Source of the DNA: Thermoguttaceae bacterium
GTDB taxonomy: Bacteria; Planctomycetota; Planctomycetia; Pirellulales; Thermoguttaceae
Assembly: GCA_963677085.2 (NCBI GenBank)
Contig: CAXXFH010000006.1
Coordinates: forward strand, 43,862 to 107,861
Length of the DNA: 64,000 bases
Direction of reading: 5' to 3'
Shown here: piece after piece, positions 26,626 to 35,208 of the stretch
Layout: each line of letters begins with the position of its first letter
How positions within the stretch are numbered: position 1 is the first letter of the stretch
Position numbers and translations under genes: made by a program
The notes under the pieces: model-generated
Databases searched by the model: none
The model's input: only the letters and a program-made list of their open reading frames with translations
Told to the model about the DNA's origin: nothing

Positions 26626-28044
26626 ATGTCCGACCCAAAAGGAAGCCTGGCCTATCTCACCCGGGTGTGCCTAGTGGCCACCTTGGGTGGGTTGCTCTTT
26701 GGCTACGATACGGCGGTAATCGCCGGGGCTATCGGGTTTTTGCAGACGCATTTCGAGTTGACCGCCGCGATGAAAGGCTGGACGGCTTCCTGTGCGCTGG
26801 CCGGGTGTGTTGTTGGTGTGGTGATGGCCGGGCCGGTCAGCGACCGCTTTGGGCGACGCAACACACTACTGTTGGCGGCCGTACTGTTTCTGATCTCGGC
26901 CGTCGGCTCGGCGCTACCTCGCACACTGACCGAGTTCATTGTCTTCCGTTTCGTCGGTGGGTTAGGCGTGGGAGCGGCGTCGATGACCAGCCCGCTGTAC
27001 ATCGCCGAAATCAGCCCCGCACGGATCCGCGGACGGATGGTCTCGGTCAACCAATTGGCCATTGTCTCTGGCATGTTGGTGGTTTACTTCGTCAACTACT
27101 TCATCGCCTTGTACGGCCAGCGTGTGGATGGCATCTCGGCGGTTGCCGCCGTCGACTCGTGGAATGTCGTTTATGGTTGGCGTTGGATGTTCGGCTCGGA
27201 AACGATTCCGGCGCTGGGGTTGATGTTTCTTCTGTTCTTCGTGCCGGAGAGTCCTCGTTGGCTGACGAAGCAGGGCCACGCCGACCGGGCTCGGGCGATC
27301 CTTGCTCGCATCGACGGCCCCGACCACGCCCAACGCGAGATGGCCGAAATCACCGACGCCCTGGCCCACGAGAGCCCGTCGCTGGTCCAACTCTTCCATC
27401 CTGGCATGCGACTGGTGCTCACAATCGGCATCGTGTTGGCCGTGCTGCAGCAGGTGACCGGGATCAATGTGTTCTTGTACTACGCTCCCGAAATACTCAA
27501 GACGATGGCCGGGACCCAGGTTGATACCGCGATGCTGCAGACCGTGGTGGTCGGTGCGGTCAATCTGTTGTTCACGCTGCTGGCCATCGCGACCGTCGAC
27601 CGGCTGGGCCGCAAGCCGTTGATGATCGTCGGCGCCGCCGGGATGGGCATCTCGCTCACGGCGATCGGCGGGGCCGTATTCTTCAATCAACTGGCCGCTT
27701 GGGTGTTGATCTTCATTTTGGGCTACATCGCCTGCTTTGCGATGTCGGTGGGTCCGGTCACTTGGGTGATTCTCGCGGAGATTTTCCCCACCAAAATCCG
27801 CGGTCGGGCGATGGCGTTGGCCACCTTTTTTCTCTGGGTAGCCAACCTGCTTGTCTCTCAAACCTTTCCCATGATGGACGACAACCCGTGGCTCGTCGAG
27901 CGATTTCACCATGGGTTTCCCTTCTTCATCTACGCCGTGTTTTGCGTGTTACTGGTAGCGTTTGTCGCGGTTGCCGTACCCGAGACCAAGGGCAGAACGC
28001 TGGAGGAAATCGAGAAGTACTGGCGAAAGTCCACCCCAAAATAG
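26626..28044 (+). CDS. MFS sugar porter (sugar:H+ symporter, XylE/GalP-like)
   Basis: LLFGYDTAVIAGA, GRRNTLLLAAVLF, PESPRWL and PETKGRTLEEIE are classic sugar-porter signatures. 12 TM helices. Confidence 0.9.
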   Translation: MSDPKGSLAYLTRVCLVATLGGLLFGYDTAVIAGAIGFLQTHFELTAAMKGWTASCALAGCVVGVVMAGPVSDRFGRRNTLLLAAVLFLISAVGSALPRTLTEFIVFRFVGGLGVGAASMTSPLYIAEISPARIRGRMVSVNQLAIVSGMLVVYFVNYFIALYGQRVDGISAVAAVDSWNVVYGWRWMFGSETIPALGLMFLLFFVPESPRWLTKQGHADRARAILARIDGPDHAQREMAEITDALAHESPSLVQLFHPGMRLVLTIGIVLAVLQQVTGINVFLYYAPEILKTMAGTQVDTAMLQTVVVGAVNLLFTLLAIATVDRLGRKPLMIVGAAGMGISLTAIGGAVFFNQLAAWVLIFILGYIACFAMSVGPVTWVILAEIFPTKIRGRAMALATFFLWVANLLVSQTFPMMDDNPWLVERFHHGFPFFIYAVFCVLLVAFVAVAVPETKGRTLEEIEKYWRKSTPK

Positions 28045-28254
28045 GAGAACTCGACGATGCTCCGAATGCTGCATTGCCAACGTGCCACTGGCGCTCAAGC
28101 CATCGCGTCACCTCGGGTTTCCAAACTCCGGCTTGGGAACCCACTTCCAGCAAGCTCTACCCCCTCGGCGGTGAAGCAGCGCTTCGCGACAACAGATTCC
28201 CTGGCTCGTGCCCGGCAAACAAGAGCGAATCCGCGTCTGGAAACAAGGAAGTTC

Positions 28255-31242
28255 ATGTTCTTCGAAAACACGCGCCTGTTGCTGTTGATCGTGCTGAGTG
28301 GTTGTCTGGTCGCGGCATTGGGAACTAGCCGTGCTGACGCGGCCGAAACGACGATTGTTTGCGATGCCACCGCTTCTTCTGTTCAGAAGCTGGCCGCTCG
28401 TGAGCTACGGCGTTACGTCTACGTTTGCACCGGCGAAAAGCTTCCGATCATCGCCGAATTACCGGCCGCTAAGGATGTCCTGCTGATCGACGTCGATCCA
28501 CAACTCGGCGAAGAACAATACCGCTTGAAGACCACCACCGAAGACGGCGGCGACCATAAACGTAAGATTCTGCGTATCTCGGGCGGAAGCGATGTGGCCG
28601 CGCTTTACGGAGTCTATCATTTTGCGGAACATCTCGGCGTGCGATTCTACCTGCACGGCGACGTCGTGCCCGACACACAAACTAAATTCGCGGTGCCCCA
28701 GATCGACGAAACGCATAAGCCGCTTTTCGACCGCCGCGGTATCCAGCCGTTCCACGACTTTCCCGAAGGTCCCGACTGGTGGAGCGCCGACGCCTACAAA
28801 GCCATTCTGGCCCAACTGCCCAAGCTGCGGATGAACTTCCTCGGACTGCACTGCTATCCCGAGGGCGGCGTGGGCCCCGAACCGCTGGTCTGGATCGGCC
28901 AGCCGAGCGACTTCGATGCCAAAGGCGACGTGCAGTTCAGTTACCCCGCCCGGCACTTCACCACGGCCAACCCCACGGGTGCCTGGGGTTATAAACCCCA
29001 AAAAACATTCGACTACCACTACGGCGCGGCCGCCCTGTTTCCCTCAGACGACTACGGCGACGCTTATATGCAGGGCATGAACCCTTGGCCCGAGCAATCG
29101 GTCGAACAGAGCAACGAATTATTTGGCCGCATGGGCACCTTTCTCGACGACGTATTCACCTTCGCACGCGGATTGGGTGTGAAAACCTGTGTTGGCACGG
29201 AAACGCCGTTGACGATCCCCACGCGAGTGAAAGAGCGTTTGAAGGCTCAGGGCAAAGATCCTTCGGACCCGAAGGTCGTCCAGGAGGTCTACGAGGGGCT
29301 GTTCCGCCGGATCATGGCAACGCATCCGTTGGACTACTACTGGTTCTGGACGCCCGAGGGCTGGACTTGGCGCGGCGCCAAGCAAGAGCAGGTCGATGCC
29401 ACGCTGGCCGACTTCCGTGCGGCCCTGGCCGCCCACCAACGCACGGCAGCACCGTTTACGCTGGCTACGTGCGGTTGGGTGTTGGGACCGCCGCAAGATC
29501 GGGCTCTGTTCGATAATGTGCTGCCGAAGAATATGCCCATTAGTTGCATCAATCGCGAGGTGGGCCATGCGCCGGTCGAGCCGGGCTTCGCCAACGTGAA
29601 GGGCCGACCCAAGTGGGCCATTCCCTGGTTGGAAGACGACCCGGCCATGATCATCCCGCAATTGTGGGCGGGCCGCATGCGCCGCGATGCGGCCGATGCC
29701 CTGCGCTACGGTTGCACCGGCCTGCTGGGTATCCATTGGCGCACCCAGATATTGGGACCCAACGTCTCGGCACTGGCCCAAGCGGCCTGGGACCGGCAGG
29801 ATTGGAATCCGACGTTCGGATCGCTCGACGACAAGCAAACCGGCGCCGAGTCGGCCGAGCCGAAAACCGAAGGACCCTTGGGTGGTCGTTACGCACGATT
29901 TGTCGGCGTCGACTTCGCCGACACCGACGAAGACACTCTTTATCAAACCGTGCGCTACAATCTCGGCGGGTACCATTTCGAACTTCCCAATGGGACCTAC
30001 CGTGTGACGTTGAAATTCTGCGAGCCACACTACACGAGCACCCACCGTCGGGCGTTTGGCGTGTCGCTACAGGGCGCGAAGGTGGTCGACACGCTCGATA
30101 TCTTTCGCCGCGTCGGCCGCAACAAAGCACTCGATCTCTCTTTCGACAATATCCCAGTGACCGACGGCTGGCTCCGAGTCGACTTCGACTGCCAAACCGA
30201 ATACCCGTGTATCGCAGGCATTGTCGTCGCGGGCGAGAAAACCACGCGCAAAATCAACTGCGGCGGCCCGGCCTGGCAAGGTTACGCCGCCGATTGGCCG
30301 GCCTCGGATAAGGTTGGGCCACCCCGGGGTCTGCCGGTCGACGATTTCTACCGCGATTGGGCAGCCGTGCAGTTTGGCGACGAAGTGGCCCAACCAGTGG
30401 CCGAGATCTTCACCGCGATCGACGGCCAATTGCCGCGACCATCCACTTGGGTGAAAGGACCCGGCGGGATCAAACCTAACGAACGTTCTTGGGATAACGT
30501 CGAGCGTGAGTATGCGTTTGTCGATCGGCTCGAACAGCTTCGCCCGCGGGTTCGCGGAGCAGGAAATCTCGAACGGTTCGATTATTGGCTCGACCAGTTT
30601 CGTTACTTGAAAGCTGTCGGACGGGTGAACTGCATTTGGTCTCAGTCCAACGCGGCCATCGCCCGAGCGAAAGGGGCCCAAACGGCCGAAGCTCGCAAGA
30701 CAATCGCTCGCTCCGAAGCGCTGCCCTTGCGAATCGAACTCGTCGAGGCCGTCACCGAAGTGCATCGCCATTTGCTCAACGCCACCTACACGCCCGGGGG
30801 CTTGGGCAACGTGACCAACTGGCAGCAACACATCCTGCCCACGCTGCTGGATGCGCCGGGCCAGGAGTTGGCCGCGCTGCTCGACGGGCCGTTGCCCGCG
30901 GAAGCGATGCCGTCGAACGAGTATCCCGGCCGCCCGCGACTTTTCGTGCCGGTGGTGCGCAACGTGATCACGGCCGGTGAAACGTTGACGCTCGAAGTGG
31001 TCATTCTCGGTGCCACACCCACCGACGCCGCGTTGTACTGGCGACGGCTGGGCCCCGGGCAACTCGAGAAGGTTCCGCTTCGGCATGTTGCCCGGGGGGT
31101 GTATCGTGTTGCGTTTCCGGCTGGCGCAACCGACGACGACCTGGAATATTACGTCGCGGCCAAGACGGCCTCGGGCGATACGCTGAAATTTCCTGCCACG
31201 GCCGATCGGCAAAACCAGACGGTTGTGGTGATCGACAAGTAG
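28255..31242 (+). CDS. Large secreted putative glycoside hydrolase with malectin-like carbohydrate-binding domain
   Basis: Signal peptide MFFENTRLLLLIVLSGCLVAALGTSRADA (start moved to ATG 28255). Malectin-like segment NGTYRVTLKFCEPHYTSTHRRAFGVSLQGAKVVDTLDIF. The N-terminal region resembles the non-catalytic N-domain of GH20/GH67/GH115-type enzymes. The GH family is not determined. Confidence 0.7.
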   Translation: MFFENTRLLLLIVLSGCLVAALGTSRADAAETTIVCDATASSVQKLAARELRRYVYVCTGEKLPIIAELPAAKDVLLIDVDPQLGEEQYRLKTTTEDGGDHKRKILRISGGSDVAALYGVYHFAEHLGVRFYLHGDVVPDTQTKFAVPQIDETHKPLFDRRGIQPFHDFPEGPDWWSADAYKAILAQLPKLRMNFLGLHCYPEGGVGPEPLVWIGQPSDFDAKGDVQFSYPARHFTTANPTGAWGYKPQKTFDYHYGAAALFPSDDYGDAYMQGMNPWPEQSVEQSNELFGRMGTFLDDVFTFARGLGVKTCVGTETPLTIPTRVKERLKAQGKDPSDPKVVQEVYEGLFRRIMATHPLDYYWFWTPEGWTWRGAKQEQVDATLADFRAALAAHQRTAAPFTLATCGWVLGPPQDRALFDNVLPKNMPISCINREVGHAPVEPGFANVKGRPKWAIPWLEDDPAMIIPQLWAGRMRRDAADALRYGCTGLLGIHWRTQILGPNVSALAQAAWDRQDWNPTFGSLDDKQTGAESAEPKTEGPLGGRYARFVGVDFADTDEDTLYQTVRYNLGGYHFELPNGTYRVTLKFCEPHYTSTHRRAFGVSLQGAKVVDTLDIFRRVGRNKALDLSFDNIPVTDGWLRVDFDCQTEYPCIAGIVVAGEKTTRKINCGGPAWQGYAADWPASDKVGPPRGLPVDDFYRDWAAVQFGDEVAQPVAEIFTAIDGQLPRPSTWVKGPGGIKPNERSWDNVEREYAFVDRLEQLRPRVRGAGNLERFDYWLDQFRYLKAVGRVNCIWSQSNAAIARAKGAQTAEARKTIARSEALPLRIELVEAVTEVHRHLLNATYTPGGLGNVTNWQQHILPTLLDAPGQELAALLDGPLPAEAMPSNEYPGRPRLFVPVVRNVITAGETLTLEVVILGATPTDAALYWRRLGPGQLEKVPLRHVARGVYRVAFPAGATDDDLEYYVAAKTASGDTLKFPATADRQNQTVVVIDK

Positions 31243-31425
31243 CCTGGCGGCTGCGAGTTGATCGTTACGTTGTTGGCCGGCACGTTGTTGGCCGTCACAG
31301 TGATTGGTCGCGCTCGGCGCAGTCTATACCGTAAAAACCCTACCCCACCATTGACGCCCCCTTGCCCTTGGTTAGGCTGAACCGGGTTGGAACCCGTGGA
31401 TCTCCTGTCAATCGAGAGGGTGAAA

Positions 31426-32427
31426 ATGATGAAAATATTGGCCATTACCGCGGTGCTGTTGTTCGGTTGCCTTGGAGTTGTACAGGCGGGACCTGTCGTG
31501 CCAAAGCACATTGCCAAGGACGCCGTCTGGTTCGGGCACGTGAACGTCGACGCGATTCGGAAACTCGAGTTGGTTCAGCAATGCAAGGACAAATGGTGCG
31601 ACGACGAATCGTGTGCGGCCAAGGTGAAGAAGATCACGGCCAAACTCGGCATGAACCCAGTGGAGGATCTGCGGGGCGTCACAGTCTACGCGAACCAGTA
31701 CGAGGGAAGAAACTGCACCGCGCTGGTGTACGTGCAAAACCTTGATCGAAAGGTTCTGCTGGCATCGTTCGAAAAGGAACATCCCGAACATCAGACAACC
31801 GAATACGGCGAGCGCACCCTCTACGCCTGGACGGCCAAGCACTGCGGCAAAGAAGAAAAGCTCTGCAGCGCGTTTGGCAGCGACACGCTGCTTGTCATTA
31901 GCACGGATCTTGCCAACCTGAAAGCGGCGTTGGATGTGGTCGACGACAAGAGGGAAGGCCTCGCCAAAGACGCCGAGCTGTTGGCTGGTGTGAAAAAGCG
32001 GGCTTTGTGCGTGTCGCGGGCGATGAATGTGCCGGCTGAATACCGCGGGACAACCACGTGTCCCGTTCTGCGCAACTGCACGGCAGGGTTCGTCCAGTGG
32101 TCGGAAAAAAATGGCACCATCACCGGCCGGTACCAACTTACGACCGTCTCTGAAGACGCGGCCGACGACTTCAAAGCGGTGATTGCCGGCTTCAAAGCAA
32201 TGGCGACACTCCGCTTCGGAGGAATCGAACCGGTCGAAAAATTGATCGCTGGGCTGAAATGCCGTAGAAAAAACTCGTCGATGCTGCTTTGCTGGAAAGC
32301 AACAACCGACGATATCCACGCCGCCATCAAAGCCGTGATGGAACTGAAGAAGCCGAAGAAAGTCGAAGAAAAACCGGCCGAAGAGGCCGAACCGGCAGCC
32401 AAATCGCAGCCGAACGCTGAAATGTGA
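31426..32427 (+). CDS. Secreted hypothetical protein
   Basis: GAGAGGG RBS, signal peptide MMKILAITAVLLFGCLGVVQA, Lys/Glu-rich C-terminus. No recognised domain. Confidence 0.55.
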   Translation: MMKILAITAVLLFGCLGVVQAGPVVPKHIAKDAVWFGHVNVDAIRKLELVQQCKDKWCDDESCAAKVKKITAKLGMNPVEDLRGVTVYANQYEGRNCTALVYVQNLDRKVLLASFEKEHPEHQTTEYGERTLYAWTAKHCGKEEKLCSAFGSDTLLVISTDLANLKAALDVVDDKREGLAKDAELLAGVKKRALCVSRAMNVPAEYRGTTTCPVLRNCTAGFVQWSEKNGTITGRYQLTTVSEDAADDFKAVIAGFKAMATLRFGGIEPVEKLIAGLKCRRKNSSMLLCWKATTDDIHAAIKAVMELKKPKKVEEKPAEEAEPAAKSQPNAEM

Positions 32428-32727
32428 CGGCCGAGTCACAGAGTTACACGACCGTGCCGCTCAGACTGTGTCTCGTCGAACAAAGACGAATATCGGGATG
32501 CCATGCTCACGTGAAGCGCGGAAGCGTGGGCATGGCGGTGAGCGAAGCCGCAAGTGGCAATCTCTCTTCTGTCACAGTTTCTAACTCCCCACCCCCGACT
32601 CCTCGCTCCAGTTCGACTGCTCTATCCCAGAATAGGAAAATGGCCTATATTTTCGGTGTCGACAGTGCGATCCTGCGACCGCCACCACCCACCGTGAGGG
32701 TGGGCCGCTAAGAACCAAGGCAATAGG

Positions 32728-33339
32728 ATGGTTTGGGGTAACTTCCTACGCTTCGAGGCTGTGATGGGGAAGGCCGTGATGGGTCGCCTGATTCACCAAA
32801 TCGCACTGAGCGCCGTCGCGCTGCACATCGTGGGGGGATGCTGCTGGCATCACCACCACGAAGTGGCACGCGTCGATGGCCAGCAGGCGGTCGAGTGTGC
32901 GGGTGGCCATGACCACGCAGGGCGGCAGGGCCGCCAACCAAACCGGTGCTGCCGCACCCAGGCAGGAACCCGCTCCTGTTGGTCGCTAATCTTCGCGAAA
33001 AACTTAACGATCTTTGAGGTTAGTAGTACAGACCACGCTCAGGCAAACCGCGGCCACGTTCACGCCTCTTGCCAGCATGAATCCCACGGTTGCCTTCCGC
33101 CCGATGGTCAACCGCCTTGCCAGGAACCGACTTGCGACAACCCAACGTGCAACTTCGTGCCGACGGACTCGCAGCGTTCGGTGGCGCCGTTGCTCGAACG
33201 GCTGGCTTGGTCGGCGTCTCCCACCATTGACACGGTCGAGTTGTCGGACTGCAATACGGCCGTTCGACTCTCCACGCATCCACCGGACCGCAGCACCGCG
33301 GTGCCACTCTCGTTGCTGAATCAAGTATTGCTACTTTGA
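32728..33339 (+). CDS. Questionable His/Cys-rich ORF upstream of the RND pump (possibly a small metal-binding accessory protein; start unclear)
   Basis: GGCCWHHHHE, HDH and several Cys/His clusters. However, the ORF contains a family-C intergenic-type repeat (32919-32966) in frame, so it may be two segments or non-coding. Confidence 0.3.
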   Translation: MVWGNFLRFEAVMGKAVMGRLIHQIALSAVALHIVGGCCWHHHHEVARVDGQQAVECAGGHDHAGRQGRQPNRCCRTQAGTRSCWSLIFAKNLTIFEVSSTDHAQANRGHVHASCQHESHGCLPPDGQPPCQEPTCDNPTCNFVPTDSQRSVAPLLERLAWSASPTIDTVELSDCNTAVRLSTHPPDRSTAVPLSLLNQVLLL

Positions 33340-33464
33340 TTCTTGCGCTCTTTGCGATTCTCTTTTTTTCGCACGTATTGGCCTGCGCGCTGTCGAACGG
33401 TTGCGCGTCTCGAGCCAAATCGCTTTCTTGCTACGAAACCAGCTCTCACAAGCCGGACAAATCT

Positions 33465-35126
33465 ATGGATACCACGCAGAAAAAAAACTCACGCCTCGAT
33501 CGCCCCTCGTCTGGCACGACGGCTTCGCGCGAGACTGCCGGTCCGCGCAAACCGAGCCTTTGGCCGTTAATTCCCGTGCTCGCTATAGTCTTGTTGTGTC
33601 TGGCGCTCGCCTTAGTGGGACGCGGTTGGACGACCGTAAACTTCCAACTACCGTCGTTCGCGGCTGGAGCAGCCAGCGCGAACGCCCCGGCCCACGATCA
33701 CGGCACAGTCGACGACGATCACCACGACACAGACCACGACCATGCGGCCCACAACCATGCTGACGACGACCATGCAGGCCATGACCCTGCGGCCGAAGGC
33801 GCGGCCCATTCGCATCCCGCCGACAGTCACCCGGGCCACAGTCCGGAAACCTGTCTCGAACTGAACGAGCAGGCCAGCAAGAACGTGGGCTTGCAGTTGC
33901 TCACCGTGGAACCTCGCGCGTTCGATCGCACGATCAGCATTCCGGCCAGCGTCGTGCCGCAGCCGGGGCGTACGGAGATCGACGTCTCGGCCCCCATGAC
34001 AGGTATTGTGACGCGAATCTACGTGCTGCGGGGCGAAGCCGTACGGCCCGGCCAGCCGCTGTTCGATCTGCGACTCACGCACGAAGACCTCGTCGAAACG
34101 CAAAGCCGCTTCCTGCAAACGGCCGAACAGCTCGACGTGATCAAGAAAGAGGTTGCCCGACTCGATAAAGTCACCTCCAGCGGAGCCGTGGCCGGCAAAC
34201 GGCTGCTTGAACGCCAATATGAACAGCAAAAGACCGAGGCCGCACTTCGGGCACAACGCCAGGCGTTAATCCTCCACGGCCTTTCGCCCGCGCAGGTCGA
34301 TGCGATTCTTACCAAGCGCCAACTCGTACAGCAAGTGACCGTCGTCGCCCCGCGGAACAACGAGGTGGCCGACTCGAATGACGCTACCACACGACCAAAG
34401 GAAACGGCGTCCGAAAGTCCATCCATGGGTGTTTCGCACCAATCTCCCTCCAAGGATACGACGGCTTCCCCATCGGCTTGTTATCTTCAGGTCACACGAC
34501 TCGATGCAAGACAAGGACAGCACGTCGAGGCCGGCGCGCGGCTGGCCATGTTGGCCGATTACCGGCAGTTGTACATCGAGGGCAAGGCCTTTGCCCGCGA
34601 CGCCGAACAGCTCACCACGGCGGCCAATCGCGATTGGCCGCTGGGTGCCGTTGTCGAGAATAACGGCGACAAGGGCCACACGCTCGAAGGGCTGAAGATT
34701 CTCTACGTGGAAAATGAAGTGGAGCGCGACAGTCGTGCCCTGCGATTTTATGTACCGCTGCCCAACGAACCGGTCCGCGAGGAAGTGGCGCCCGACGGCA
34801 GGCACTTCGTCGGCTGGCGTTACCGGCCCGGGCAACGTGTCGAGTTGCTGGTGCCCATCCAGCGGTGGTCGGACCGCATTGTGTTGCCGGTCGACGCCGT
34901 GGTGAAAGACGGGGCCGAATGGTTCGTCTTCCGTCGTGTTGCCGGCCACTTCCAGCGTTGCAGTGTCCACGTCGCCTATCGCGACCAGCATTGGGTAGTG
35001 CTCGGGTCGATCGACTGCGTGAAGCCAGGCGACGTGGTGGCCGCCAAAGGAGCCTACCAGTTGCATCTGGCTCTGAAAAACAAGAGCGGTCAGGGCATCG
35101 ACCCCCACGCGGGACATAATCACTAG
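33465..35126 (+). CDS. Efflux RND periplasmic adaptor (membrane fusion protein, CusB/CzcB-like) with His/Asp-rich N-terminal extension
   Basis: MFP barrel-sandwich/coiled-coil pattern (VSAPMTGIVTRIYVLRGEAVRPGQPLFDLR...). His-rich segment HDHGTVDDDHHDTDHDHAAHNHADDDHAGHD...HSHPADSHPGH and C-terminal HAGHNH. The start was moved to ATG 33465. Confidence 0.85.
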   Translation: MDTTQKKNSRLDRPSSGTTASRETAGPRKPSLWPLIPVLAIVLLCLALALVGRGWTTVNFQLPSFAAGAASANAPAHDHGTVDDDHHDTDHDHAAHNHADDDHAGHDPAAEGAAHSHPADSHPGHSPETCLELNEQASKNVGLQLLTVEPRAFDRTISIPASVVPQPGRTEIDVSAPMTGIVTRIYVLRGEAVRPGQPLFDLRLTHEDLVETQSRFLQTAEQLDVIKKEVARLDKVTSSGAVAGKRLLERQYEQQKTEAALRAQRQALILHGLSPAQVDAILTKRQLVQQVTVVAPRNNEVADSNDATTRPKETASESPSMGVSHQSPSKDTTASPSACYLQVTRLDARQGQHVEAGARLAMLADYRQLYIEGKAFARDAEQLTTAANRDWPLGAVVENNGDKGHTLEGLKILYVENEVERDSRALRFYVPLPNEPVREEVAPDGRHFVGWRYRPGQRVELLVPIQRWSDRIVLPVDAVVKDGAEWFVFRRVAGHFQRCSVHVAYRDQHWVVLGSIDCVKPGDVVAAKGAYQLHLALKNKSGQGIDPHAGHNH

Positions 35127-35208
35127 GATTTTTGATTGATGATTTGGGATTTCTGATTTCCACGCCGCACTCCCCTAACTCCAAACACCTAACTCCCGAC
35201 TCCTCCCC

